Shown piece by piece: positions 41,605 through 50,903 of a DNA stretch of 64,000 bases. The notes beneath the pieces were generated by a model. It made no database searches. It was not told the origin of the DNA and saw only the letters and a program-made list of their open reading frames with translations. Source of the DNA: an uncultured Gammaproteobacteria bacterium. Its GTDB lineage: Bacteria > Patescibacteriota > Patescibacteriia > JAHIZJ01. The first letter of the stretch is position 1. Each line of letters begins with the position of its first letter. The stretch is from contig CAYJKP010000003.1 of NCBI GenBank assembly GCA_964371245.1, positions 8,986-72,985 of the forward strand, written 5' to 3'. The position numbers and the translations under genes were made by a program.

Positions 41605-42588
41605 TTATTTATTAGTTGATATCTTCTCCCAGTCGAAACCAGAATTGAATATATTCTGGAACGGTTGAATAATACCCAAGGTTGTTAAATCACCAATTGT
41701 GCCCCAGGTAGGGATACCAAAAAGGCAAGCCTGATTATTCTGCTTCATTACTGCGAGCCCACCGGAGCTACCTGTATCAATAAGTGCAGTAGTGAAATAA
41801 TTATCTCGTTCCTTGCCCGAAATGATCCCCTCAGTAACAACCATGTGACGCCCCATTCGATACTGGGAATATGCTTCAAATCTTGCCAACATTATATATT
41901 TTTCTAAGTATTCAGCTGTAGGCGAAGGAAATTCTGCGGTGTCCGCTGAACTCGGATAACCAAATACATAAACCTTTTCCCCTATCGGATTCCTAAAATT
42001 ACAAATTGGAAATGATTTCGAATTGTTTTTTAACAAACGTGATTCCAGAATACTTAACAAATCGTCTTTTGTAGGTTTCCCCGTATTTTGTTCCTCTTCG
42101 TTAAGGTAATCGTTTATATCATTTATTTCGTCTGGTATCAGTATTGCCAAGTCAACAATATCACCCCTTCTTACAGAGTCGGAGGAGTATGAGAAACCAA
42201 TTCGATTAGCACCCTGAGAATCACTTTTTTGTATTTTACCTTCCTGTGCGAAATCAACAGAGCAATTATCTAAGTAGGATTTATCGGGATCGTGTAGTTG
42301 AGCAACGTGTTCATTTGTAATAACCACTCTTCTCATTTGCTCACCAGTCTCAAGTAATAGATAGGTTCCAGATCCAGCGACAATACCCTGATATTCCCCG
42401 TCAATGGTTTTACCAGGACAGATAATTGATCCAATTGACTTTGAAACATTTTTGACTTCGTCCACCGTTAATTCACTACTTACGATAACATATCGGAAAA
42501 TTGCAATATGAAAGAAATAGTCAGCAATAACGAATAAACTTGCAAGTAAAGCTAGTAGAATGTACTTATTTCTAGATAAGGATTTCAT
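41605..42588 (-). CDS. cassette A gene 1: membrane-anchored trypsin-like serine protease
   Basis: N-terminal TM; triad motifs ITNEHV, DLAIL, DTGSSGG. Confidence 0.8.
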   Translation of the reverse strand: MKSLSRNKYILLALLASLFVIADYFFHIAIFRYVIVSSELTVDEVKNVSKSIGSIICPGKTIDGEYQGIVAGSGTYLLLETGEQMRRVVITNEHVAQLHDPDKSYLDNCSVDFAQEGKIQKSDSQGANRIGFSYSSDSVRRGDIVDLAILIPDEINDINDYLNEEEQNTGKPTKDDLLSILESRLLKNNSKSFPICNFRNPIGEKVYVFGYPSSADTAEFPSPTAEYLEKYIMLARFEAYSQYRMGRHMVVTEGIISGKERDNYFTTALIDTGSSGGLAVMKQNNQACLFGIPTWGTIGDLTTLGIIQPFQNIFNSGFDWEKISTNK

Positions 42589-42656
42589 AGAGAAAGAAAT
42601 TTGATAGATTTTTTACACACTACGGGCGATAGCCCAGAAAAGAAAAGGAATATGCC

Positions 42657-42713
42657 ATATAACGTTTGCGTATCATACGACGTACTAGATATGTCGTATA
42701 TACGCTGTTAGCT
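42657..42713 (-). repeat. attC-like site 2 (57 bp)
   Basis: ATATAAC-GTTT-GCGTAT(C)ATACGAC...GTCGTATATACGC-T-GTTAGCT. Confidence 0.88.
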
Positions 42714-42785
42714 GATCGTATTCCTTTTCTTTTGTTCTCTAGCAAGAGAACGTGTGTAAAAAATCTTTCAAATTTCTTTTCGCCT

Positions 42786-44069
42786 TCATTTCAGTAAATC
42801 ATCAAGCTCACAAGAGAGTAATGCCGACTTATTAAGCACGATCTGCTCTTTTGGATTTAGTTTATCTGACGTCATGCGTATAAGCTTTGTTGTGATCGTA
42901 TCACCGAGCATGATTCGGTTAGTTTTCTTGAAATAATTTTCCGTCTTCTGATAAAAAAGCGTGGCATACTGTCTCAATTTATCTTCAGACGGCGGATGAC
43001 TTGTCGCCCCATTGCTTGTAAATTCAATCTTACCTTTTATTTTCTCGCTTTCTTTGGTTGGCAAATTACCTTCGTTAAAATCAATCCAGTAATCGCTCAT
43101 CAAATACATAACGCGAACAAACCCGCCATCTTCTGTTTTGTAGGTATAAATGAAATAGAAATTATCAGGCATTAAGTCGTGGTGCACTCTGATATGCTCT
43201 AATTCTGTAACAGTACGTATTTTGTAATCATCAAGCATCCGCAGATAGCTTTCTCGCCAATTCTGAAGCCAGTTCTCAACGTACATGCGATTTGTAAAAA
43301 GTGGCATAAGGTCCTGCTTGAGATTTTCATCGCTCACTTTATTCATCTGCAGTGTTAGCTTGTCAAAAATCGCCCGTGGATCGTTTACATTAATACCTTT
43401 GGCAACAAGATAATCAATATCAGGAACCACTTTTTTATTCATATACCAAAGAAGGTCGTAGATATCCCTTCCCTTTTCCTCGTACACTGCTTCACCCACA
43501 CCGCGAGTGCCACGCAAAAAAATGGCGGCTATCTTGCTTGCCATCAAAGCAGACATGTTGTAGGTCAAAATAACGAAAGAGAGCTGATCACGGTTCATTG
43601 GTCGACGCTCAGTAACCGTTTTAGGAGCGACAAAATGATTAAGATCTATTTTTACATGGACCTGATTGGACGCGTGACCAAATCCTAATGCTTCGCCAAC
43701 ATGGAATTTTAAAAGGAGCCCTCTGCCGGTCGTTATTTTTATTGTCAGGAAATTTGGATCAGTACCATACGTATCTTTAAAGTGATCCTCTAGCTCCTTT
43801 TTTAGATCTGCTAAAAATGATCCCGTTACAGTATGGGATACTTCAAAATCCAAATCCACTGACATGCGGTCAAGGCCGTGAATGATCCGAAGTGCCGAAC
43901 CCCCATACATCACCCATTTGCGGTATTCAGTATGATGATAAACAAAATTGAGAATGTAAAACTGCAAAGCTTCTTTCAGCTTGTTTCTGCGGGTTTCGGC
44001 ATCAAGATCGCCATAAACGGAGAGCTCATCAAGCTCTCTTTTAAGAATAGTTAGGATTTGTTCACTCAT
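42786..44069 (-). CDS. cassette B: AbiEii-family nucleotidyltransferase toxin with C-terminal extension
   Basis: MYGGSALRIIHGLDRMSVDLDF, ASKIAA, KGRDIYDL. Confidence 0.88.
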   Translation of the reverse strand: MSEQILTILKRELDELSVYGDLDAETRRNKLKEALQFYILNFVYHHTEYRKWVMYGGSALRIIHGLDRMSVDLDFEVSHTVTGSFLADLKKELEDHFKDTYGTDPNFLTIKITTGRGLLLKFHVGEALGFGHASNQVHVKIDLNHFVAPKTVTERRPMNRDQLSFVILTYNMSALMASKIAAIFLRGTRGVGEAVYEEKGRDIYDLLWYMNKKVVPDIDYLVAKGINVNDPRAIFDKLTLQMNKVSDENLKQDLMPLFTNRMYVENWLQNWRESYLRMLDDYKIRTVTELEHIRVHHDLMPDNFYFIYTYKTEDGGFVRVMYLMSDYWIDFNEGNLPTKESEKIKGKIEFTSNGATSHPPSEDKLRQYATLFYQKTENYFKKTNRIMLGDTITTKLIRMTSDKLNPKEQIVLNKSALLSCELDDLLK

Positions 44070-44679
44070 GAATATGTCTTTTAATCATGGTATAAAAATT
44101 TTCTCGTTCGTGTGTTTCCATTTCATCAATATCTATTCTTAGTTCCTTGACGAGTACATTAATGTTTTTCAGTCTCATGCCTCGGAGTTGTCGAGTCTTG
44201 AAATACAGCAGATCAAACAGTGCCTTTGAGGGTGAGGCGATAAAAAAATCAAATGGGCCCTTAATCAGTGAGAAGCCTGAAAATAAATCCTTCTTGATGG
44301 ACTGATAGGCAAAGTTTCCTGCTTTTGTCTGGTACTCTCTTGTAACCTTTGGCGTTACTGAGGTTACAGAATGTATAGCTTCCGTTGTGAGATTATAATA
44401 CTGAAGTGCTGCCCATGAACTCACATACGACGGAGTTCGAATAACGTTAGCGAGATAAAACGAATAGGAAACCTTGCCCTTGTTTTTATTATAGATATCC
44501 GAGGATACATATAATGCCCTCTTTAGCTGGAGAATTTCCTTGAATTTTAAGTAGCGGCTGATGTAGGTATCAACCGTAGTGTCCTTAAGCCCTAACTGCA
44601 TACCAAGCTGGTATACAGTGCTTTTACTAAAATAGGGCAAGGTTTTTAGCTGTTCTAAGAGATTTTTTCGGCTTTTCAT
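44062..44679 (-). CDS. cassette B: AbiEi-like antitoxin/regulator
   Basis: LKRALY, PSYVSSWAALQYY, ASPSKALFDLLY; overlaps the AbiEii start. Confidence 0.82.
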   Translation of the reverse strand: MKSRKNLLEQLKTLPYFSKSTVYQLGMQLGLKDTTVDTYISRYLKFKEILQLKRALYVSSDIYNKNKGKVSYSFYLANVIRTPSYVSSWAALQYYNLTTEAIHSVTSVTPKVTREYQTKAGNFAYQSIKKDLFSGFSLIKGPFDFFIASPSKALFDLLYFKTRQLRGMRLKNINVLVKELRIDIDEMETHERENFYTMIKRHIHE

Positions 44680-44684
44680 AAATA

Positions 44685-44720
44685 TGACAATAGTGTATCA
44701 GATGTGAAACGTAATGTCAA
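44685..44720 (-). promoter_or_regulatory. cassette-internal promoter of the AbiE operon
   Basis: Minus strand TTGACA (44720-44715), 17 nt, TACACT (44697-44692); TGACA/TGTCA inverted pair brackets it. Confidence 0.7.
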
Positions 44721-44823
44721 TTCAATGAATACTGAAATCTCCCTACTTGAATGATGTGGGGAAAGAAATTTGAAAGTTTTTTACACATCCCGGGCATCAG
44801 CCCGAAAAGAAAAGGAATATGTC

Positions 44824-44876
44824 AGCTAACGTTTGCGTGTATGCGATGTGATAATATCGTATACACGCTGTTATCG
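44824..44876 (-). repeat. attC-like site 3 (53 bp)
   Basis: AGCTAAC-GTTT-GCGTGTATGCGAT...ATCGTATACACGC-T-GTTATCG. Confidence 0.88.
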
Positions 44877-44899
44877 GATGTATCAAATAATTTTCGTCT

Positions 44900-45469
44900 T
44901 CATTGCTGAATGACAAAGAATTTTTCTTCCGGGATTTTGTAGACAGGTAGTTTTTCGCCACGCTTTTCAAGCTCTTCCAAGTCATTTTGTTTTTCTTCCG
45001 TGTAGTGAACAAAAGCTTTGATTCGGAGTATACCGAGGCCATTTCTGACAGTTGTGCCATGGGTGCCTGTGTGGAAATATGAAGAAAGAGCACATGCGCC
45101 CGCTGATGAGCCACTGACGACCTTGCCTTTGATAAGTGCATTAAGGTTTTCAATCGATCTTAGGACGTTGAGTAGCATGTCTGTGTCACCACCACGCATG
45201 TACACCACATGAGTTTCTTGTAGCTGCTCCTGGAAGATTTTAATATCACTGTCTGCACAGATGAACTTCAAGCTCTTTTTGGGCGAAGCGGAAGAAAAAC
45301 GGTCTTTGTCTTGAGCTAAAAGTTTATCCCACTGGTCTCTCTGCCTTGCGAAATAGATACAGAGAATCGTAACAGGATCAGGAAGTCCTTTTGTCATCTC
45401 AATGAAAAATTGTTTGTTGTCCTCTGTGGGTCTGCCAGTTTCACCACCATGGAGGATATACTTTGTCAT
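44900..45469 (-). CDS. cassette C: peptidase S51/peptidase E-like (class I GATase-like) protein
   Basis: MTKYILHGG start at 45469; YMRGGDT, SGSSAGA, FVHY. Confidence 0.82.
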   Translation of the reverse strand: MTKYILHGGETGRPTEDNKQFFIEMTKGLPDPVTILCIYFARQRDQWDKLLAQDKDRFSSASPKKSLKFICADSDIKIFQEQLQETHVVYMRGGDTDMLLNVLRSIENLNALIKGKVVSGSSAGACALSSYFHTGTHGTTVRNGLGILRIKAFVHYTEEKQNDLEELEKRGEKLPVYKIPEEKFFVIQQ

Positions 45470-45496
45470 CACAAGTAGAAAATTATTTGATATTTC

Positions 45497-45585
45497 CGAT
45501 AACGTTTGCGTATATCTGATGCCCCGCTCAGCGGGGTGTGGGTGGATCCGCCTCTGGCGGAGTAACCAGATATACGCTGTTATAT
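45497..45585 (-). repeat. attC-like site 4 (89 bp)
   Basis: CGATAAC-GTTT-GCGTATATCTG...CAGATATACGC-T-GTTATAT, two internal sub-hairpins. Confidence 0.88.
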
Positions 45586-45696
45586 GGTGTATGCTTTTCT
45601 TTTCCCAACGTCTAGTCGGGCTACTTTTCTGCAATGGACAAATTTAATTTTCATGTTGGCAAGGGCGACGTTGGATGTAGCAACCCGTATTGTTTC

Positions 45697-46626
45697 TTAG
45701 GTACTGGTAAAATACTCGGTCAGCACGAAGGTGATCCAAATAAGAAATAAGATAACGCCTTCTTTTTTAGATATTGTTTTTCCTGTACGCATGAAATACG
45801 AAAGGACAAATGAGGCCAGGAGCATGAACGCGCCGGTGACGTAAATAATTTTCTGCGGAAAGGCGAATGGATTGATCATTGAAAGCAGTCCAACCACGAT
45901 TGTTGCGTCGGCCAGCACTGTACCTAAAATATCTCCGACTGCCAGAGAATCGTCGTGCTTTCGGACGGCCTGCAATGAAAACAGCAGTTCTGGTATGGTT
46001 GTGCCAATCCCGACAACGAGCATGCCAACGAGGACGGGCGTAATCCCCAAACTCTGCGCCAGATTCTCGGCTGATGTCACGGTAAAATGTGCACCGACGA
46101 GCAACACGGCCATGCTCGCAAGCAACAACAGGGTATTTCTAAGCCGATCACCTTGACCATCTGCAATCGATTTTGCGTCATGGCCATTCTTGAACGAAAA
46201 GAGATAGAATCCGACGCCGGCAATAATGAGTGCCGCCCCCTCCCAGCGCGAATAGTACCCGTCGAAGCCGAGGAGAATCGGGATCAGAAATAAGAACGGG
46301 TAGAGAATGTTATTTTTCAACACCTTGCTTTCGATTTTAATCCTCCGTCCTGATATGGCGATGATGATGGCGAAGACGAGCGTCAAGTCGGCGACGTTCG
46401 AGCCGAACAACGTCCCCAGGCCAAACGCCGGAATACCCTCAAAGGACGAGTTGATGGCAATAAACGTCTCCGGAAGAATAGAGATGACGGCGACAATGAT
46501 CATGCCGACGGCGTATTTGGATAGGTGAAAGTTTTCCGCCAGACGGACGGCGTATTTGGTTGCAAGGATTGCACCTTTGATGACCAAAAACAGCGAAACC
46601 GACAAAATAAATATGTTTTGTATCAT
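45697..46626 (-). CDS. cassette D: Ca2+/Na+ antiporter (YrbG/CaCA family)
   Basis: Duplicated alpha-repeats SILPE...GSNVAD and GTTIPE...GTVLAD; about 10 TM. Confidence 0.9.
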   Translation of the reverse strand: MIQNIFILSVSLFLVIKGAILATKYAVRLAENFHLSKYAVGMIIVAVISILPETFIAINSSFEGIPAFGLGTLFGSNVADLTLVFAIIIAISGRRIKIESKVLKNNILYPFLFLIPILLGFDGYYSRWEGAALIIAGVGFYLFSFKNGHDAKSIADGQGDRLRNTLLLLASMAVLLVGAHFTVTSAENLAQSLGITPVLVGMLVVGIGTTIPELLFSLQAVRKHDDSLAVGDILGTVLADATIVVGLLSMINPFAFPQKIIYVTGAFMLLASFVLSYFMRTGKTISKKEGVILFLIWITFVLTEYFTST

Positions 46627-46742
46627 GCGCCGCCCTTCATGTTCATTCCAAGGATGAGAATAGTAACTCTATCCATCATACAATAAATTTGTTCATTGCA
46701 GAAAAGTATTAGGCGTCAGCCGTGAAAAGAAAAGCATATGCT

Positions 46743-46799
46743 ATATAACGTTTGCGTCTCATACGACGTACTTACTATGTCGTATAGACGCTGTTGTCA
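46743..46799 (-). repeat. attC-like site 5 (57 bp)
   Basis: ATATAAC-GTTT-GCGTCT(C)ATACGAC...GTCGTATAGACGC-T-GTTGTCA; compensatory CT/AG change relative to site 2. Confidence 0.88.
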
Positions 46800-46852
46800 G
46801 ATCGTACATTTTTATCTTCAAAGTGAAATTTCTCACGCTAATTACCAAAATT

Positions 46853-48274
46853 TTATTCAGCCGTAGGTTGGAATGTTGAAAGAATTTTACTGTATTCAGG
46901 ATGATCTTGCTCAAAACCCTTAGCCCAAGAAAAAGTGATAAAATTTAATCCAACGGGACAATATGTGGCAAGATATTCAGCAAAACAACTTTCGGTCTGA
47001 CGGGTTACTGCTATCCCGTTTATTTCTAATGACTGCTGGTCGTGATTACAATTATATTTCTCTGCAATATCCGCTGAAGAGGCATTAGCGGGAGCCACAT
47101 CGGGGATCGCGTTGGTTACCGTTACAGCTATTTCAGGGCCAAGTTCGATGCTCGATGTTTCACCTGAATTGGGGGGAATAATAGCCACAAGGTTTGTCTC
47201 GCCATCATTAATAGTCCAATCTGGTGGGTATTGAAACGTAAAATGATAATCTTGGTTTATATATATCTTCCAATCTGAAGCTATTGAGTTCGTATTCAGA
47301 TTTTCAGAGCGATGTTGGTAAATTGGGAGATTGTCCCCATAATCCATTTTTACGTCCGCATGGATGCCATTCCATAATGTCTCCAGCGTGTCATCATGAA
47401 TGCTGTGGTCATATTGGAGAATCAAATTCTGGCCGGTTTTCGAAAGAGGATAAATCTCCTTTGTGATCGTCCCCTGCCACCCAATGGTCGTTTCCGTTTT
47501 CTCCACCTGGCGATGATAGACATACCTGTCACCTTGGAGCGTACCCCAATTCATCATTGTTTTTAAAGCATCTTCTGGAATATCAGCCTTGGGGTCATCT
47601 TCCGATTGCACGGACAAGTTCAACGGAATGGACAACCCGATACTCGAGGTGTCAGGGACCGTATTGCCCTCAGCGTAGAAGCTAAACCTATACACATTTT
47701 CACTCGGATAAGCGTTTTGCGCATGAAAAATATGCTCAGGAATATGAAAGCGCAGACCCGCTTCGTTGAATTCGCGACTGGACGATTGGGCGTACTCGCG
47801 TTCCCAGCGCTCAAGTGCCTGCTCAGTTCTTTCACAGCCAATCAGTATCGTTTGCCAGGTGCAGCTGTTTTTCCAGAGCAGCTTATCCGGATACGCCCGA
47901 ACCGGGATAAAATCCTCACTCGTCCGGCATTGGGAAAGGGGGAAGTAGTAGTAATCGCGAAACTCGGAGTTTCTCCAATGCAACGGGTTGTCCGTGGCAA
48001 TCAAGGTGAGTCCGTTATCCAGAGTTAGGGAAGTCCTGGGTTGGGCATTGATCGCTTCGACTATCGTGGCAAATTGCGTATCTTGGCACACACCCTCTCC
48101 GAGAGTCTTGCTTGTAGATTTGTACTCACCCCATGCTTCAACTTTCGTGTCAATCGCCACATCAAACATGCCAAAGACATCTTTAACGAATCCAACGTAA
48201 TATGTGCCAAGAAATACAGCAATGATTGCCAACGCGACGAGGCCGTACTTTAAAATATGTTTAGGGGTATTCAT
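46853..48274 (-). CDS. cassette E: membrane-anchored extracellular protein with C-terminal PsbP-like domain
   Basis: N-terminal TM; WKIYINQDYHFTFQYPPDW...KILSTFQ. Confidence 0.7.
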   Translation of the reverse strand: MNTPKHILKYGLVALAIIAVFLGTYYVGFVKDVFGMFDVAIDTKVEAWGEYKSTSKTLGEGVCQDTQFATIVEAINAQPRTSLTLDNGLTLIATDNPLHWRNSEFRDYYYFPLSQCRTSEDFIPVRAYPDKLLWKNSCTWQTILIGCERTEQALERWEREYAQSSSREFNEAGLRFHIPEHIFHAQNAYPSENVYRFSFYAEGNTVPDTSSIGLSIPLNLSVQSEDDPKADIPEDALKTMMNWGTLQGDRYVYHRQVEKTETTIGWQGTITKEIYPLSKTGQNLILQYDHSIHDDTLETLWNGIHADVKMDYGDNLPIYQHRSENLNTNSIASDWKIYINQDYHFTFQYPPDWTINDGETNLVAIIPPNSGETSSIELGPEIAVTVTNAIPDVAPANASSADIAEKYNCNHDQQSLEINGIAVTRQTESCFAEYLATYCPVGLNFITFSWAKGFEQDHPEYSKILSTFQPTAE

Positions 48275-48336
48275 ACTCTACTTATTATATGTATACATTG
48301 TGTGGAAATGAACGAAATAAGATAAAAATGTATGTC

Positions 48337-48444
48337 TGACAACGTTCTGGTATCATGCGACGTGGTGAGTGAGCGCAGGCGGTAGAATTGTGCGGAGCAC
48401 ACCGCCGGAGCGAACGAATCCATGTAGCATATACCGTGTTGTGC
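48337..48444 (-). repeat. attC-like site 6 (108 bp)
   Basis: TGACAAC-GTTCT-GGTAT(C)ATGC...GCATATACC-GT-GTTGTGC. Confidence 0.85.
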
Positions 48445-48449
48445 GGAGT

Positions 48450-49061
48450 TTACCCGAACGATGTCTGAAGTTCGGACCAAGTAATAACCTTTGCCCAATT
48501 GTGCAGAGGGTAATTATTGAGAATCATCTCTTTCTCTTCGGGCTTGCCGGAATAGACATCAACGCCTTCCTTTAGCACCTTAACATTGTATGCGCGAAAC
48601 GTAAGCTCTTGTGCCGTACAGAAAACACAGCAATCGATTGTGAGTCCGATCAAGACAACCTCGTCTACCTCCTGAGGTGTTCCAATAGTAGAATTAAGCC
48701 AGTTCGTGAACGCTTGAGGATCTTGATATGGCAAGCCGGGTTCTTTCGTGGAATCACCGATATTGTCTCTTGTCCAAATCGGAGAATTCATGCATTTAAT
48801 CCAAATATTCTCCAATTTCACATCAGCAGGAAGCTCTGAAGTGTATCCCTCCTCCCCCGGACGCGTGGAATCATCCAAATCGCCAGGACGAGGTTGTCGA
48901 TAATCCGAAATGATCTCTGCGACTTTAATATTGCGCTCACGCAAGTACGGCACAAGAGTTTGCTTGATAAAAGCAACATTCGGGTGTGGTCGATAATGCT
49001 TGCCACCTTCCGCGCTGAACTCTTTTTGCAAGTCTACAGAGATGATTTTAATAGTCGACAT
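48450..49061 (-). CDS. cassette F: isochorismatase-family cysteine hydrolase
   Basis: ISVDLQKEF, WIK, LIGLTIDCCVFCTA. Confidence 0.85.
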   Translation of the reverse strand: MSTIKIISVDLQKEFSAEGGKHYRPHPNVAFIKQTLVPYLRERNIKVAEIISDYRQPRPGDLDDSTRPGEEGYTSELPADVKLENIWIKCMNSPIWTRDNIGDSTKEPGLPYQDPQAFTNWLNSTIGTPQEVDEVVLIGLTIDCCVFCTAQELTFRAYNVKVLKEGVDVYSGKPEEKEMILNNYPLHNWAKVITWSELQTSFG

Positions 49062-49113
49062 TTATTAACGTGAAATTAAGTGATATTGAATTGGAATAGC
49101 GAGGGTAAATTTC

Positions 49114-49176
49114 GCACAACGTTTGCGTATCATGCGCCGTGGAGCGAAGTGGAATGGCGTATATACGCTGTTGTAC
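49114..49176 (-). repeat. attC-like site 7 (63 bp)
   Basis: GCACAAC-GTTT-GCGTAT(C)ATGCGCC...GGCGTATATACGC-T-GTTGTAC. Confidence 0.88.
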
Positions 49177-49282
49177 GCTGTTCAAAAAATATTTTTCTTT
49201 AGGTATTTAAAACACGCGAAACCAAACCATGACAGTAGGTAACATTTCGGTGGCATTATTTCGTGCTGGAGCCGTGATGCTG

Positions 49283-49813
49283 CTACTGCGCGTTGACCGT
49301 AGAACGATAAAGGTTTTTCGTTAATGCCCACCAGAAGGAGGTTTGAGTAATATTGGGTTGCGAATTAGCATCCTCTTGGAGAGTAATCACATCATCACTG
49401 ATATCTACAACAGTCCATTTACCAGGACTGAATATGTAGGCACCATATTTAGCACTGGACTTTGGAACGCGTAATACCTTTAGTGCGCCATTCTCTTTGT
49501 ATGCTTCAAACGTAGCAAGAACAGATCCGTACCCCCCTTCGGCAATATCAAACGGCTCTTGCTGGGGGGCTAAAGCCGAGTATGCATAGAACTTGAAGGA
49601 TCCGGCAAATGTTTCGCTGGTATTATAGTAGACGCCAAGCAGCACAAAAGCGAATCCGATGAATGCAAATAATCCCGCGACAGCAAGTCCGGTACGCTTC
49701 CAGGGAGTAACGTGTGTTTTAATAACGAGCCACACTATGACAGCTGCGGCGATAACTAGGATCGGTAAAATTACGAACCAGGTAACCATGTTTGTTCCAA
49801 TTTGTTCATTCAT
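49283..49813 (-). CDS. cassette G gene 2: hypothetical membrane protein
   Basis: Two N-terminal TM segments; 176 aa. Confidence 0.7.
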   Translation of the reverse strand: MNEQIGTNMVTWFVILPILVIAAAVIVWLVIKTHVTPWKRTGLAVAGLFAFIGFAFVLLGVYYNTSETFAGSFKFYAYSALAPQQEPFDIAEGGYGSVLATFEAYKENGALKVLRVPKSSAKYGAYIFSPGKWTVVDISDDVITLQEDANSQPNITQTSFWWALTKNLYRSTVNAQ

Positions 49814-49903
49814 AGGTATTTTGTTAAAAATATTGACATATTAAATTTAGAAAAGATGCTCTGGCTACTTTCATAGGTCGCCAGAGCGTGTCAGCCGCTT
49901 CAC

Positions 49904-50275
49904 TTACGGACAGCTTCCACTCCACGGCTCGGGCTCGCCGTCATAGCCGAATTGCAGACAGCCGAGGTGAGTGGTTCCACTCACACACTTCGATGGCCAG
50001 GTATGCGACTCGACGCCGATCCCGTTTACCCAGGCATTTGCGATGTAGCCGCAGCCGGACGAAAGACCGGTGAACGAAATGGTTCTGTAGCCGAAAGGAA
50101 GCGAGACGTTGGTGTCCTCTGCCATCTTCTGACCGTTCTGCCAGATCTGCACGGTGTACGAGACAGACGTCGGCCCCCTGAGCGTGACCTGAGCGGTGTC
50201 GGCCAGAGCGGGAGTGACCTCCCCCGCGATGAAGAATGCTGCGAGAAGCAGGAGCAACACGACTTTCGTTTTCAT
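49904..50275 (-). CDS. cassette G gene 1: small secreted Cys-containing beta-rich protein
   Basis: Signal peptide MKTKVVLLLLLAAFFIAGEVTPALA; GGAGG RBS; 4 Cys; hairpin GCTCTGGC/GCCAGAGC downstream. Confidence 0.7.
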   Translation of the reverse strand: MKTKVVLLLLLAAFFIAGEVTPALADTAQVTLRGPTSVSYTVQIWQNGQKMAEDTNVSLPFGYRTISFTGLSSGCGYIANAWVNGIGVESHTWPSKCVSGTTHLGCLQFGYDGEPEPWSGSCP

Positions 50276-50469
50276 TTCAGCCCTCCAAGTTCAACCTGAA
50301 CAGACGACCACTGAGTTTCCGAACAGCTAAAATAACCGTGCCTCCTTTCTCGGCGTTACTCAGCCGATGATGGCCTAGGTTCGAAAGAGCATACTACTTT
50401 AATACTTATTATACTCTGCTAATTCTAGCCAGTCCAGCGGATATTAAAGAAAAATATTTTTTGAATGGC

Positions 50470-50526
50470 GCACAACGTCCGGGTATCATACGCCTGTACT
50501 CGTATGGCGTATATACCCTGTTATCG
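50470..50526 (-). repeat. attC-like site 8 (57 bp)
   Basis: GCACAAC-GTCC-GGGTAT(C)ATACGCC...GGCGTATATACCC-T-GTTATCG. Confidence 0.88.
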
Positions 50527-50548
50527 GATGTTAAGAAAATTTTTCCGT

Positions 50549-50872
50549 TTACTCCAGGCGAACATCATCTTCCTTCTTAAACTCTGGCGAGCAAACAAGA
50601 AAAATTTTCATTTTACCCACAAAGTTGTAGGCGGTATTTATAGGTATAAATACAACATCGTCTCTTTTGACAGAATATTTTTCTTCTTCAATAAAAAAGT
50701 CACCAGATCCTTCAGCAATATAGTAAATTCTGTCTTCATTCAAACACTTCACTTTTCCATGATTACCGTTTATCTCAATTAGCGCACCACTATATTGCTG
50801 CGTGAGTTTATACTCCTTAATATTCATTGGGCCGACTTTTTTGTTGTTTGTTAGTTCGCTAGCAATATACAT
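50549..50872 (-). CDS. cassette H: cupin-domain protein
   Basis: YYIAEGSGDFFI...DDVVFIPINTAY. Confidence 0.8.
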   Translation of the reverse strand: MYIASELTNNKKVGPMNIKEYKLTQQYSGALIEINGNHGKVKCLNEDRIYYIAEGSGDFFIEEEKYSVKRDDVVFIPINTAYNFVGKMKIFLVCSPEFKKEDDVRLE

Positions 50873-50903
50873 ATGAATTGATTTATAATATTTTCTTAAT
50901 TTC

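Noticed and set aside
45470-45634. N-terminal extension of the 244-aa ORF 44900..45634
   Set aside because: Reads through attC-like site 4; the S51-like domain starts at ATG 45469
50340-50391. GCCGATGATGGCCT as a fluoride riboswitch
   Set aside because: On the opposite strand to the gene and missing the 5' GGNGATGG...CC helix
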